IMG/VR virus record: IMGVR_UViG_3300027798_003516
Coordinates: 31,958 to 95,957 of that record
Length of the DNA: 64,000 nt
Reading direction: 5' to 3' (one strand)
DNA from: a virus
Both the position numbers and the translations under genes were made by a program. Positions 18,721 through 27,620 of the stretch are shown in pieces. Below the pieces are notes generated by a model. The model searched no databases and had not been told where the DNA came from. It was given only the letters and a program-made list of their open reading frames with translations. How positions within the stretch are numbered: the first letter of the stretch is position 1; each line of letters begins with the position of its first letter.

Positions 18721-18921
18721 TCAGTTGTAATTACTGTAGTCCGGATAGTTAAAAAACTGCTCCAAATAGTTGCTGATATTGCCATAAATTATTGCTTCAA
18801 GATGTTCTTGCTGTTCAGGCGTTAAATCAGTGTCTTTCTCAATGGACTCGTGCAGAGTCAACAGCCAAGAATTTATAGTGTCCATACAAACCTGATGATG
18901 TTGCCTTTTTATATTGCTCAT
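18721..18921 (-). CDS. Hypothetical protein
   Basis: TTGACA-N17-TAAAAT upstream (18956-18928). Confidence 0.6.
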   Translation of the reverse strand: MSNIKRQHHQVCMDTINSWLLTLHESIEKDTDLTPEQQEHLEAIIYGNISNYLEQFFNYPDYSNYN

Positions 18922-18965
18922 TGTGTAATTTTACGCTATACTAGTACGAATGTCAATCTTGTTAC

Positions 18966-18973
18966 TATAAATA
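18966..18973 (+). promoter_or_regulatory. T4-like late promoter
   Basis: TATAAATA 4 nt before the ATG at 18978. Confidence 0.65.
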
Positions 18974-18977
18974 CACC

Positions 18978-19535
18978 ATGCTACTCGACAACCAATATCC
19001 TGCGCTGTTATTAAACGCAGACTTTCAACCATTTCATATCCATCCATTGAGTACGGTCAACTGGCAAGATGCAATCAAAGCCATTGTGTCGGACCGAGTT
19101 ACCATAGTTGAAGAATACGATTATGAAATACATAGTGCAAGCCGTGCCTGGCGATTGCCCAGCGTCATTGCGCTCAAAGACTATGTCAAACGAGATCAAA
19201 CCCCAACATTCAGCAGGTACAATGTTTATCTTCGCGACAACTTCACTTGCCAATATTGCGGATCAGAATTTGAGACTCGCGCATTGACATTTGACCATGT
19301 GATACCAAGGCATCACGGTGGTGTTAGTTCTTGGCAAAATGTTGTGGCCGCTTGTAGCCCATGTAATCATAAGAAAGGCAGTAAGTTACCGGCCGAAGCT
19401 AAAATGTTTCCCATGGTGAAACCCAAGGAACCAACCAGTTGGGACCTGCATGCCCGTGGAAGAAGGATTCCTCAAAAATATTTGCACGAAACTTGGAGAG
19501 ATTATCTTTACTGGGATGCTGAACTCGAAGCGTAG
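18978..19535 (+). CDS. HNH endonuclease (McrA-like)
   Basis: LLLNAD, RDNFTCQYCG, TFDHVIP, WQNVVAACSPCN. Confidence 0.92.
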   Translation: MLLDNQYPALLLNADFQPFHIHPLSTVNWQDAIKAIVSDRVTIVEEYDYEIHSASRAWRLPSVIALKDYVKRDQTPTFSRYNVYLRDNFTCQYCGSEFETRALTFDHVIPRHHGGVSSWQNVVAACSPCNHKKGSKLPAEAKMFPMVKPKEPTSWDLHARGRRIPQKYLHETWRDYLYWDAELEA

Positions 19536-20380
19536 GATTCTGTGGCCAGAGTTAAATCATGCTCAATGTTTGCTCGCCACATCAATCTAATGGCGCCTGT
19601 ATCCAGTCCTAGGTCACCTCGGCGGTGTACAAAAGGCCAGTTATCATATAAGATAATGTCATTGGGAGTCCAGTGATGCTCGTACACGCATCCTGGAACT
19701 TCGGCCATGGCTTCCATCAATTCTTCTACAATGCCTGTGCCCATGCTGATGCCATCACGCTTGGTATCTAATATCCAAGAATCTTCTACGCCGTGATAAT
19801 TACAACGGGGACTCCATCGTTGAGTTACTGGATGTTGTTTCATTGAAGGCCATTCAATTATGTCTCGACCAGGATGATGCCAATTTTGTTGCATGACGGT
19901 AATGCTTTCCCAGCGTTTTCTCAGTGCTGGATGCACTTCTGGATATGCCAATTCCATGTCTAACCAGTATGTGAAGCCAGCGTCAACATTGGGCACAGTT
20001 TTCATATAAATGCAACGATGCGGGAAATTTGTTTTACCGTCAACTCTATTGGCAATATCAGCATGCCAGGGCATTTCGTAATCTATTAGGCGCTTGCTGA
20101 TTTTATTACTCATTTGAGTAATGTACCTGATGTTGCCAGTGACTGTATCTCTAACCGGTTCCCATTTTTCTATACTTTTTTGATAATCTAATGCATTCCA
20201 CGGCTGACCCCATAAAGCTAAAAAATTCCAATATTCTAACTTGGTCCAATTTGGAGCATGAAATACCAACATTTTACGATCGTACAACAGTTTCTTAAGT
20301 TCACGAGTGTCTTGGGTTGACAGGTCGCTCATGTCTGTGAATTCTGTGCCCCAATCGTTGAATATGTTCTTTATTTCCAT
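19508..20380 (-). CDS. TauD/TfdA-family 2OG-Fe(II) dioxygenase
   Basis: WHAD, TYWLD, HPVT, HHWTPNDIILYDN..VHRR. Confidence 0.88.
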   Translation of the reverse strand: MEIKNIFNDWGTEFTDMSDLSTQDTRELKKLLYDRKMLVFHAPNWTKLEYWNFLALWGQPWNALDYQKSIEKWEPVRDTVTGNIRYITQMSNKISKRLIDYEMPWHADIANRVDGKTNFPHRCIYMKTVPNVDAGFTYWLDMELAYPEVHPALRKRWESITVMQQNWHHPGRDIIEWPSMKQHPVTQRWSPRCNYHGVEDSWILDTKRDGISMGTGIVEELMEAMAEVPGCVYEHHWTPNDIILYDNWPFVHRRGDLGLDTGAIRLMWRANIEHDLTLATESYASSSASQ

Positions 20381-20385
20381 GTCTG

Positions 20386-20393
20386 TATTTATA
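20386..20393 (-). promoter_or_regulatory. T4-like late promoter
   Basis: TATAAATA 5 nt before the ATG at 20380. Confidence 0.65.
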
Positions 20394-20395
20394 GA

Positions 20396-20689
20396 CTACC
20401 GTGACAGCTTGTTGAGCATGTGTTTTTCAGCAAAATCTTTTAAGGATTCGTCACGAGATTCTATTAGCTTGGGCAGAATACTTTGTATTAATGAAACAAC
20501 ATAGCGTTCACCTGGTTCTTTCAATTCGCTGTAACGGGGATTTGAACTGATGTAACAGTACTCTTTGTTGTTGAGCATCTCTTTTAAACTGCCCATGATC
20601 ATATTACTGACCTGTGCATCAAGTTCGATGGCTTCGATGCTTTTTGTATTACTCATATATTTCCTTTTAAACCAAGACCAAACAATCAT
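20396..20689 (-). CDS. Hypothetical protein
   Basis: Gene run. Confidence 0.6.
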   Translation of the reverse strand: MIVWSWFKRKYMSNTKSIEAIELDAQVSNMIMGSLKEMLNNKEYCYISSNPRYSELKEPGERYVVSLIQSILPKLIESRDESLKDFAEKHMLNKLSR

Positions 20690-21309
20690 TTTACTAAGAA
20701 TTCGTACAAATTATTTTCAAACTCACCAATGGTCAAATCTTGCATTCCTAAATTAATCCAATTGGCATGCCAAGGTTGCTGACCACGCAATAGAGCTCGC
20801 CCTAGTACAACAACAATTGCCCATTCTTTTCTTTCAAACCGCGGAAGGTATGGCATTTGTAATCTAGTATTTTCACTGTATTCTTTAGTCTGTTTTTGCC
20901 TACGCAATGGAATCATTGTGGTGTATTCTCCCTGCTTGGTCGGCCAATGGTCGTATACTTTGGCATCAGCTGGCACCGTTATTCCTTCCGGAATCCGGTC
21001 TTGCTCGTACCAATGTCGGTAACCTTTTTCTATCCACTCAACCATGCATTGCTTTTCCCAGACTAATCTTTTTGCTGAGTCTCGCACATGTTTGCCGTGC
21101 CATTCGTCTGTGCTGGCGCCACTGATGTAATGCACACTGGTATTGTCGCCTGCTACAATTCCAAACGGAACGTCGCCTTCTACGGCAATTCTAATTTTGT
21201 CATCGTGGTCAATTGTCACTGAATAGGCTGTCCGATCCTCACGAGTTGGATTACCGTCGGCCCATTCAAACATTTCAGCATATCCAGTTGCAGTTGTATT
21301 ATTTTTCAT
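20686..21309 (-). CDS. Stand-alone peptidase G2 / intramolecular chaperone-like domain
   Basis: YAEMFEWADGNP..EDR..YSVT, DEWHGKH.RD, YLPRFERKEWAIV..LG. Confidence 0.7.
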   Translation of the reverse strand: MKNNTTATGYAEMFEWADGNPTREDRTAYSVTIDHDDKIRIAVEGDVPFGIVAGDNTSVHYISGASTDEWHGKHVRDSAKRLVWEKQCMVEWIEKGYRHWYEQDRIPEGITVPADAKVYDHWPTKQGEYTTMIPLRRQKQTKEYSENTRLQMPYLPRFERKEWAIVVVLGRALLRGQQPWHANWINLGMQDLTIGEFENNLYEFLVK

Positions 21310-21344
21310 ACAGATATTTAATGGCCTGTGCTGGTATATGTTTG

Positions 21345-22043
21345 TCACATTGTCAATTTAACTCTGGTCAATCGGGTTTCAGCATTGCCCTCTCGGTCAG
21401 TCTGGTGTGTTTTAACCACGCCAACAATTTCAAATTCCTCAGGAGCATCGGGCCACATGTCAATCATTTTGCTACTGGTCCAAAAATACAAGTTGGTGCC
21501 GTCTGTGGCACGAACAACTGATCCTGGAAATGCTCGGCCTTCGAACTTGCTCATTACTTGTACTCGAAGACGCAGATGCTGGTCTATACTGCCTTGGTGT
21601 ATACTGGTGCCACCAACTCGTAGCAGTACTTCATCTTTGGTTTCCTTGGCCAGCTCACGCCGGTAACGAACTGCCATGCAGGCCAGATAAGCCATGCCCA
21701 TGGTGGTATCGACTTCGTCTTGAGTGATAAAGTTCATGATCTTTTGATCAAACTCATTCAGGCGATCTGACAATGCTTTGAACGCAATACCTTGAAAGTG
21801 GTCGTGCATGGCCTGGCCAAATTGACGATCCGTTTCGGTTACATTGGGACAACCCAAGGCCAGCTGAGTTTTAATAAGTTCTCGGTTAGGATGCTTTGCT
21901 ACAACGCCGGTGTCTTGATCAAACTCTGGAAACTTAATGTACATGCCTTCATTGACCCGATCAGCCATGGCTACCAGAGACCATGCCTCAGTGAGAGGAA
22001 GCTTTTTCTTTTTGATAAAGTTCTTCCGCTCTTCATTGTTCAT
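21345..22043 (-). CDS. Hypothetical protein with OB-fold-like C-terminus
   Basis: IVGVVKTH...ETRLTRVK. Confidence 0.6.
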   Translation of the reverse strand: MNNEERKNFIKKKKLPLTEAWSLVAMADRVNEGMYIKFPEFDQDTGVVAKHPNRELIKTQLALGCPNVTETDRQFGQAMHDHFQGIAFKALSDRLNEFDQKIMNFITQDEVDTTMGMAYLACMAVRYRRELAKETKDEVLLRVGGTSIHQGSIDQHLRLRVQVMSKFEGRAFPGSVVRATDGTNLYFWTSSKMIDMWPDAPEEFEIVGVVKTHQTDREGNAETRLTRVKLTM

Positions 22044-22046
22044 TTG

Positions 22047-22265
22047 TTATCCTCTATAATATTGTACAACGCCTAGTAACCACACAGTGGCCAACATGGC
22101 AAAGTTTGCGGCACTGGGCCAATCTTTACTTCGTACAGCAGTCACCAACCAAGCGGCGTTTCCTACAAATAGTAGCTCAATGCCTATAATAGGATCCAGA
22201 TTAAAACTGACTACTATAGCACCTGCAAACATGATGCCAAAACAGATCCATTTGGCCAGGTTCAT
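22047..22265 (-). CDS. Small membrane protein
   Basis: Three hydrophobic segments; similar in style to 63447..63677. Confidence 0.6.
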   Translation of the reverse strand: MNLAKWICFGIMFAGAIVVSFNLDPIIGIELLFVGNAAWLVTAVRSKDWPSAANFAMLATVWLLGVVQYYRG

Positions 22266-22373
22266 TTTTCTTTATTCTTGTGCATATCCCATAGTACTAC
22301 TCCTACCACAGTTAGCATGACTACAATAGCAACAATTTCATCAATGGTCATATTCATACTTTGTATTTATTTT

Positions 22374-22784
22374 TCAATTCCAGCGACCTTGTAGTCTTTG
22401 ATCAGCACGAGACACCGCTTCAAGCCGTTCTTGTTCAGTGAGTTCATCGCAACGGCTAGAGTGATCTAGGGCTCGCAACCACTGCACACCTTTTCGAGGT
22501 GCATAGGTGTTCTCCACTGTACGAAACACAGCCCAAGTGCCAAACACCATACTGATAACAGCAATGTGACCCAGCATGTTATAGCCAATTGTGAGCAGTT
22601 CACCTACATATAGTCCAAATGCTAAACTCCAAAAGCAACCTAACAGGATGCTGAGAAAATATTTGACATACACAGGTGCGTGACGCAGAGGATTTAGATT
22701 GGGATTCAATATGTCTTTGCTTGATTTAAAAATCAAGTATAAAAATTTCAATATACTAAACATCGTCTTTCTCTTTCTCTTCAA
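22374..22784 (-). CDS. Membrane protein
   Basis: NPLRHAP followed by TM segments. Confidence 0.6.
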   Translation of the reverse strand: MKRKRKTMFSILKFLYLIFKSSKDILNPNLNPLRHAPVYVKYFLSILLGCFWSLAFGLYVGELLTIGYNMLGHIAVISMVFGTWAVFRTVENTYAPRKGVQWLRALDHSSRCDELTEQERLEAVSRADQRLQGRWN

Positions 22785-22910
22785 TTTCTAATGTAGGGAA
22801 GCACATCTTCGTACCATCCCAACGCTGTCCGCACCAACACTCACCTTGATCGTTGATGATACAATTACCACCTCCGCAACACCTATCATCCTTGGTGTTT
22901 TCGCTCATTT

Positions 22911-23150
22911 TTAATTTTTCTCCGCGGGCCACCGATGCGGCGGAATCTTTGCAAGTTCTTCTTCCGTTGCATAGCGTGGGAGAGATGTTCCACCAAAAGG
23001 TTGCCAACTGTCTGCTGTGAATATTCTAACAGGTTTCCAGTACTTGTGCAAGATGTTGTTGATTACTGCACAGCCTGCAACAATTATAACAAACCCCAGC
23101 ATAATTAATACACTGCCTGCCAGGAATACTGCTGATTTATCTATGTCCAT
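22911..23150 (-). CDS. Small membrane protein
   Basis: N-terminal TM helix. Confidence 0.55.
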   Translation of the reverse strand: MDIDKSAVFLAGSVLIMLGFVIIVAGCAVINNILHKYWKPVRIFTADSWQPFGGTSLPRYATEEELAKIPPHRWPAEKN

Positions 23151-23365
23151 TATTTAACTCCTAATGTTGCAGGACTGTGATCCAATCTATTGCTAAACGC
23201 ATCCGAATAGAAAGTGGCGTCCTGATCTGTTATTGTAACACACAAATCACTATGAAGCAAGTCATAATCGGTGAACTCACCTGAATCTGTGTACACACGG
23301 AACTGGTACTTGTTCATGGCTGTATATATTAAATGACCTTCTACACCGTTTGCTGATAGTTTCAT
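23150..23365 (-). CDS. Hypothetical protein
   Basis: Coupled ORF. Confidence 0.6.
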   Translation of the reverse strand: MKLSANGVEGHLIYTAMNKYQFRVYTDSGEFTDYDLLHSDLCVTITDQDATFYSDAFSNRLDHSPATLGVK

Positions 23366-23941
23366 TATTCAACTCCGAAATGTAGTTTAATCTTGTCCAC
23401 AATATGTTGGCTTTGCTGGATTCTTGCTTTATTCCAGCTTTCATCCTCAGGATTGTGTACTTTCTGATCCTCTACCCACTTCTTTTGTTCTAAGGCAATC
23501 TCAGCACATTCCCTAACAATCAACTCGGCGAACTTTTCAAGTATTGGATTTCCTTGTTGATCTGTACCAGACATCCAAAGAGAGGATACACTAGCCTGTT
23601 CAGCAAGTTGTTTAATTTGTTCGTTCATTCTTTAACTCCAAAATGTTGTTTAATCTCTAGTATAGGATGCAAGTATTCTTCACCAGGTCTGCTCATTCTA
23701 ACAGTATATGGAGCAATGATATCAATACATTCCTGCACAATCAACTCGGCGAACTTTTCTTTATCAAAGTCCCAACACACTCCGTCATGTGCTGATGGGT
23801 CAATACGGGTAGTGGCCTGTTCAGCAAGTTTTTTAATTCGGTCGTTCATTCTTCAACTCCAAAATGTTTCTTATCTGCTAACTGTTGTTCCATCCATGTA
23901 ATAGACCGGGTTAACATATCTTCTGTGATTTCATTTGTCAT
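23365..23941 (-). repeat. Tandem paralogous mini-genes (23365..23628, 23625..23849, 23846..23941)
   Basis: MN..IK.LAEQA and EKFAELIV.EC shared by the first two; HFGV(E/K) C-terminus shared by all three; perfect 23-bp repeat at 23516-23538 and 23737-23759. Confidence 0.8.
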
Positions 23942-23943
23942 AG

Positions 23944-24162
23944 TTACCTTGAAAGCTTGTCAACCACTCTTTGGTGGATAAGATCCATTTCATCTTGTTC
24001 CATATAAAAGTCTGTGGTTGGGTCATAGTATGCACCTTCTGCATTGTCATAGTATAACACACGACCGCTGAAATTAAAAGGCCCCTCTAGTCCTTTTCTA
24101 GGTCCATACTTGACACGCATCTGATCCATCTGCGTCTTGTCTGCTAGAACAGCATAGCCCAT
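23944..24162 (-). CDS. Hypothetical phage protein
   Basis: YGPRKGLEGPF...YYDPTTDFY; SD AAGGAG. Confidence 0.7.
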   Translation of the reverse strand: MGYAVLADKTQMDQMRVKYGPRKGLEGPFNFSGRVLYYDNAEGAYYDPTTDFYMEQDEMDLIHQRVVDKLSR

Positions 24163-24171
24163 GTCAACTCC

Positions 24172-24312
24172 TTAAATGGTATGCAAAGGATTGCGTCTAC
24201 GCAGGTGAGCCAGGGCGGCTTCCTTTGAGTCAAAGCGACCACTGATTGGTGTCTGATGTGCGCCTCGCACAATGTACCATCCGCCCAACAAACCGTTGAA
24301 TATAACTTTCAT
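24172..24312 (-). CDS. Small basic protein (46 aa, below the ORF-track cutoff)
   Basis: MKVIFNGLLGGWYIVRGAHQTPISGRF...; SD AAGGA. Confidence 0.55.
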   Translation of the reverse strand: MKVIFNGLLGGWYIVRGAHQTPISGRFDSKEAALAHLRRRNPLHTI

Positions 24313-24321
24313 TGCAGTTCC

Positions 24322-24405
24322 TTAAATTTTAGTAAGAATCCAAACCTTGACGGCAAAGATTATTGCCACCACTGCCACTGTTACAAGAATTTCCAAATCT
24401 GACAT
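24322..24405 (-). CDS. 27-aa single-TM peptide
   Basis: MSDLEILVTVAVVAIIFAVKVWILTKI; SD AAGGAG. Confidence 0.5.
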   Translation of the reverse strand: MSDLEILVTVAVVAIIFAVKVWILTKI

Positions 24406-24414
24406 TACGACTCC

Positions 24415-24741
24415 TTAGTCTGCTCTTGAACTCATGTATGCAGTGATGCCATGTGACTTGAGGACGTCAGCGTAGGCTTGTGCGCCTGTTTCTTTGATGT
24501 CCATGCTTTGCGTGAAGCTACCACCAGGATTCCAAAGTTGAAGTCCGCCGCCATATGCAGGCTTGAAGCCCACAGTTTTCAGCGCACGGCCCAATTTGGT
24601 TGATGCCTTTTCGCTCACATGCACCCATGCAAAACCGCAGTAGCCTGGCTCACCGTGCTGAGCACGAAAGTCAGTTTCGGCTTTTTGGGCCGCCGCAGTA
24701 GCGGTGTTATGGACGGATTCGATATTGTCTAGTGCAAACAT
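24415..24741 (-). CDS. Hypothetical early phage protein (CGFAWV family)
   Basis: Promoter plus SD upstream. Confidence 0.75.
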   Translation of the reverse strand: MFALDNIESVHNTATAAAQKAETDFRAQHGEPGYCGFAWVHVSEKASTKLGRALKTVGFKPAYGGGLQLWNPGGSFTQSMDIKETGAQAYADVLKSHGITAYMSSRAD

Positions 24742-24771
24742 TCTGAGCTCCTTTTTACTGTTTATGTGTTT

Positions 24772-24806
24772 ATTATACGACCTATTGGACCAAATGTCAA
24801 CCGTTT
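24772..24806 (-). promoter_or_regulatory. Early promoter cassette
   Basis: AAACGG-TTGACA-N17-TATAAT. Confidence 0.8.
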
Positions 24807-25246
24807 AGTCTGTCTTTTAACAAGTCTCCTAGGCTCAACTGTGGGTTTTCTGCCACAGTCACGCCCTCTACGAACAAATCTACGCTCTCGCTGTAGTAGC
24901 CATTGCTTTCACCCAACCAACGCACATCCACATAACCCTTGCGGGTTGCGAACTTGTAGAAAGTATAAGAATAGCTCTCATAGTGCTCTTCGTCTGGCTC
25001 TGTGGCACCGGCCACTTCTTCGGCCATCAACAAAGGAGAGCCAACCAGGTCCTGCAAGTCACCCACAATGTCGTTGATGCGTACTGTCTCGCAACAATCC
25101 TGACAATGAGCAAACATGAACCGTTCGCCTTGTGCAGTTTCGAACAGCATCTCGTCACCATCCACAGAGCCAGTGACACGGACAAAGGTCCGACCTATCA
25201 TCTGCGCCAGGCCCTTTTGGGTGTTTACTATGTTGTCATAATTCAT
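24797..25246 (-). CDS. Conserved phage hypothetical protein
   Basis: QDCCE.V...YTFYK.AT.KGYV.VRWLGESNGYYSE. Confidence 0.75.
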   Translation of the reverse strand: MNYDNIVNTQKGLAQMIGRTFVRVTGSVDGDEMLFETAQGERFMFAHCQDCCETVRINDIVGDLQDLVGSPLLMAEEVAGATEPDEEHYESYSYTFYKFATRKGYVDVRWLGESNGYYSESVDLFVEGVTVAENPQLSLGDLLKDRLNG

Positions 25247-25278
25247 ATTGTGTTCCTTGTTTTTTGTTTCATGCCACT

Positions 25279-25334
25279 ATTGTAGCAAACTTCGGTCCAC
25301 TTGTCAACCGTTTTTGTGTTGTATTTTTACAACG
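25279..25334 (-). promoter_or_regulatory. Early promoter cassette with palindrome
   Basis: TTGACA-N17-TACAAT (25307-25279); TGTTGT-ATTTTT-ACAACG (25317-25334). Confidence 0.75.
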
Positions 25335-25369
25335 GAAAAGTAGTGCTTTTAGTTGCAATAAATAACCCT

Positions 25370-26035
25370 ATGAATCCCAGTACTTTACCCGCACTTACAG
25401 CAGAGCAAACACAGGCATTAATTTCTTGCTTTGAAAACAATCAACAATTGCAAGAATATCCAGGTAGACGATTTGCACTAGATCTTGCTCCAGCATTAGA
25501 AATTGTTGCTCCAATTATTAACAGCGTACTGGGCACAGGCACTTGGGAAGTCACAGGCGGCAACTTTTTTGAAACAGATACAGGATATCGTGTTCACGCA
25601 GACACAGGCAAGGAAGGTCCAGACAGAGTACTGCAAACTTTTGTGTTTCCTTTGAGTATTACTGCCAAGCCCGATGTTGTGCCAAACTTAGAGAGAGTTA
25701 GGTTTCTTGTACTAAATCAAACATGGGCAGGTGATGCCGCTTTCTTTTTACGAGGCAGTCCAGACGAACCAAGTGAATATAATATTGTAGTCAAAGACTA
25801 CAGAGATGTTGGTAATCGTGATGACAACTTGACCATTGATGGTGTATTAATCAATGAATGTCCGCATCTAATTCCCAGTAACTTTGTTGGACTATCAGTG
25901 GACAAAAACTTTCAATGGATACCCGGCATACCGATGACATTCCCTAGAAACAGACTGCATGTCAGTTCAGCATTTCCAAGACAAGGTGTTGCTAAAAAAC
26001 TTGGCCTAAGTATATTCACATCAAAGAAACTATGA
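25370..26035 (+). CDS. Putative 2OG-Fe(II) oxygenase-fold protein
   Basis: VHAD...RLHVS...K; AATAAATA-N5-ATG. Confidence 0.55.
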   Translation: MNPSTLPALTAEQTQALISCFENNQQLQEYPGRRFALDLAPALEIVAPIINSVLGTGTWEVTGGNFFETDTGYRVHADTGKEGPDRVLQTFVFPLSITAKPDVVPNLERVRFLVLNQTWAGDAAFFLRGSPDEPSEYNIVVKDYRDVGNRDDNLTIDGVLINECPHLIPSNFVGLSVDKNFQWIPGIPMTFPRNRLHVSSAFPRQGVAKKLGLSIFTSKKL

Positions 26036-26994
26036 AAAAAATTATTGAAATTAAGCGCACCGAAGATACAATTACCTTTTATTGGAAGCTGACAGATTAT
26101 TGCAATTATGCATGTAGCTATTGTAGTCCAACATTACACGAAGGTAAGGACTACTATGCCAATCGGTTATCAAGCGATCAACTTATTAGAGCATTTTTAG
26201 ACCGTCTGCCATCTATCAAGGGAGATAAAAAATTAATTGTTTGTTTAACAGGTGGTGAACCAACGACTCATCCTTTATTTGGTGAGATAGTTGAAAAAAT
26301 TCAAAGCATTGGTGGATATGTTGATATAATTACTAACGGTAGTCGACCAGTTGGTTGGTGGAAAAAATTGCCAAGTTTACCAACTTTCAACATTATATCT
26401 TTACATCCTGAATATTCCAACTTGGCAAAAATTAATGAGTTGGCATTGTACCTTGACAGTCAAAAAGTATCGTTGAGATTTAATTTATGTGCTGATCCTG
26501 CAAATTGGGATTGGGTCAAATCTGTCTACGACCATCTTGATCCATCCCTGCATAACGCTATAATTTGTAAAGTTCTAACAAGGCACAGGCACGAAGTTGA
26601 TCCTCAGCATATTAATGGTCAACTGTATGATTACACTAAAGAACAAATGGATTTTATTAAGGCTAGGAGTTCATATCGCAGGGCTGAACGAAATCCAGGG
26701 GATAATAGTATTGGATATTACGAAGATGGTACTTCGTTTAAAGTAAGTCCAATAATGCTAACATCAAACAATAACCATAAATTTTATGGTTGGGAATGTT
26801 CAGCTGGGCAGACTGGATTTGTAATAGCAGGCGATGGAAAAATTTATGCAGGAATTTGCGAAATGAAATGGTTAGGATACATTGATAATTTCCAACCAAT
26901 GACAGAGCCAGTTAAATGTAAAATTCTGTTTTGCAAATGTCCATCGGACATAATGCTTAATAAGAAAAAGGTTACATTGTCCCAGGGTCAGTAA
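26032..26994 (+). CDS. Radical SAM protein with C-terminal SPASM/twitch
   Basis: CNYACSYC, GGEP, TNGS; CSAG...GIC...C.C. Confidence 0.9.
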   Translation: MKKIIEIKRTEDTITFYWKLTDYCNYACSYCSPTLHEGKDYYANRLSSDQLIRAFLDRLPSIKGDKKLIVCLTGGEPTTHPLFGEIVEKIQSIGGYVDIITNGSRPVGWWKKLPSLPTFNIISLHPEYSNLAKINELALYLDSQKVSLRFNLCADPANWDWVKSVYDHLDPSLHNAIICKVLTRHRHEVDPQHINGQLYDYTKEQMDFIKARSSYRRAERNPGDNSIGYYEDGTSFKVSPIMLTSNNNHKFYGWECSAGQTGFVIAGDGKIYAGICEMKWLGYIDNFQPMTEPVKCKILFCKCPSDIMLNKKKVTLSQGQ

Positions 26995-27619
26995 AGCCCA
27001 TGTCTGCCAAAGCCCAGGCACGCTCTACACAATTGTAACATTCACCACAGCGTCCTTGAGTAAGGGCTGTGCAACTGTGTGTGATTTCAATCAGTGACCA
27101 TACATCAAACGCTTCATACAAATCTAAGGTATGACGCTTGTCTAATAAGGCAAATGGGCAGGTTGTTGTAACTATGCCAACTTTGTTGGTGTATTCAATA
27201 CGATCAGGTCTGCCCGGATATTCGCCCGGCATGGGCACAGGAGGATGTCGTTGACTACCATAGAAGATGTGTTCAATACCATGTTTAATTCTAGCATCTC
27301 GTTCACCGGTATTTGTTTGCTCACTGTGGTGAACTGTTGGATCACCAACCATGATGGGCTGGGGAATGTCTAAGCCCAACATTTCGTTTACCCGAGTAAC
27401 AATAGGACCTGCATAATCCCAAGCCCCATCTGTGCGCGGCACACACAGAGTAATTAATTCATGTTTGCTTTTTGCCAGCTTCCATTCTGTTGCCAACAGA
27501 TATAGTAAGATGGCACTATCTGCGCCACCTGATACCATTACACCAATGCGCTGATGCTGTGGTGGCAATTCAATTTTAATTTCACGCTTGTCGTCTTTGG
27601 GTCCAGCTGTTATAATCAT
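26972..27619 (-). CDS. QueC/ExsB-like ATP pyrophosphatase
   Basis: SGGADS; THSC...CGECYNCVER Zn site. Confidence 0.75.
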   Translation of the reverse strand: MIITAGPKDDKREIKIELPPQHQRIGVMVSGGADSAILLYLLATEWKLAKSKHELITLCVPRTDGAWDYAGPIVTRVNEMLGLDIPQPIMVGDPTVHHSEQTNTGERDARIKHGIEHIFYGSQRHPPVPMPGEYPGRPDRIEYTNKVGIVTTTCPFALLDKRHTLDLYEAFDVWSLIEITHSCTALTQGRCGECYNCVERAWALADMGFTDPGTM

Positions 27620-27620
27620 A

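Noticed and set aside
26032-26994. Calling this rSAM queE because it abuts a QueC-like gene
   Set aside because: It is longer than QueE, carries a C-terminal SPASM-like Cys cluster, lacks the N-terminal F.S.QGEG motif, and is convergent rather than co-transcribed.
26972-27619. Assigning the symbol queC
   Set aside because: The PP-loop and Zn site are present, but QueC-specific motifs (YGQ.H, VP.RN, YPDC) are not.
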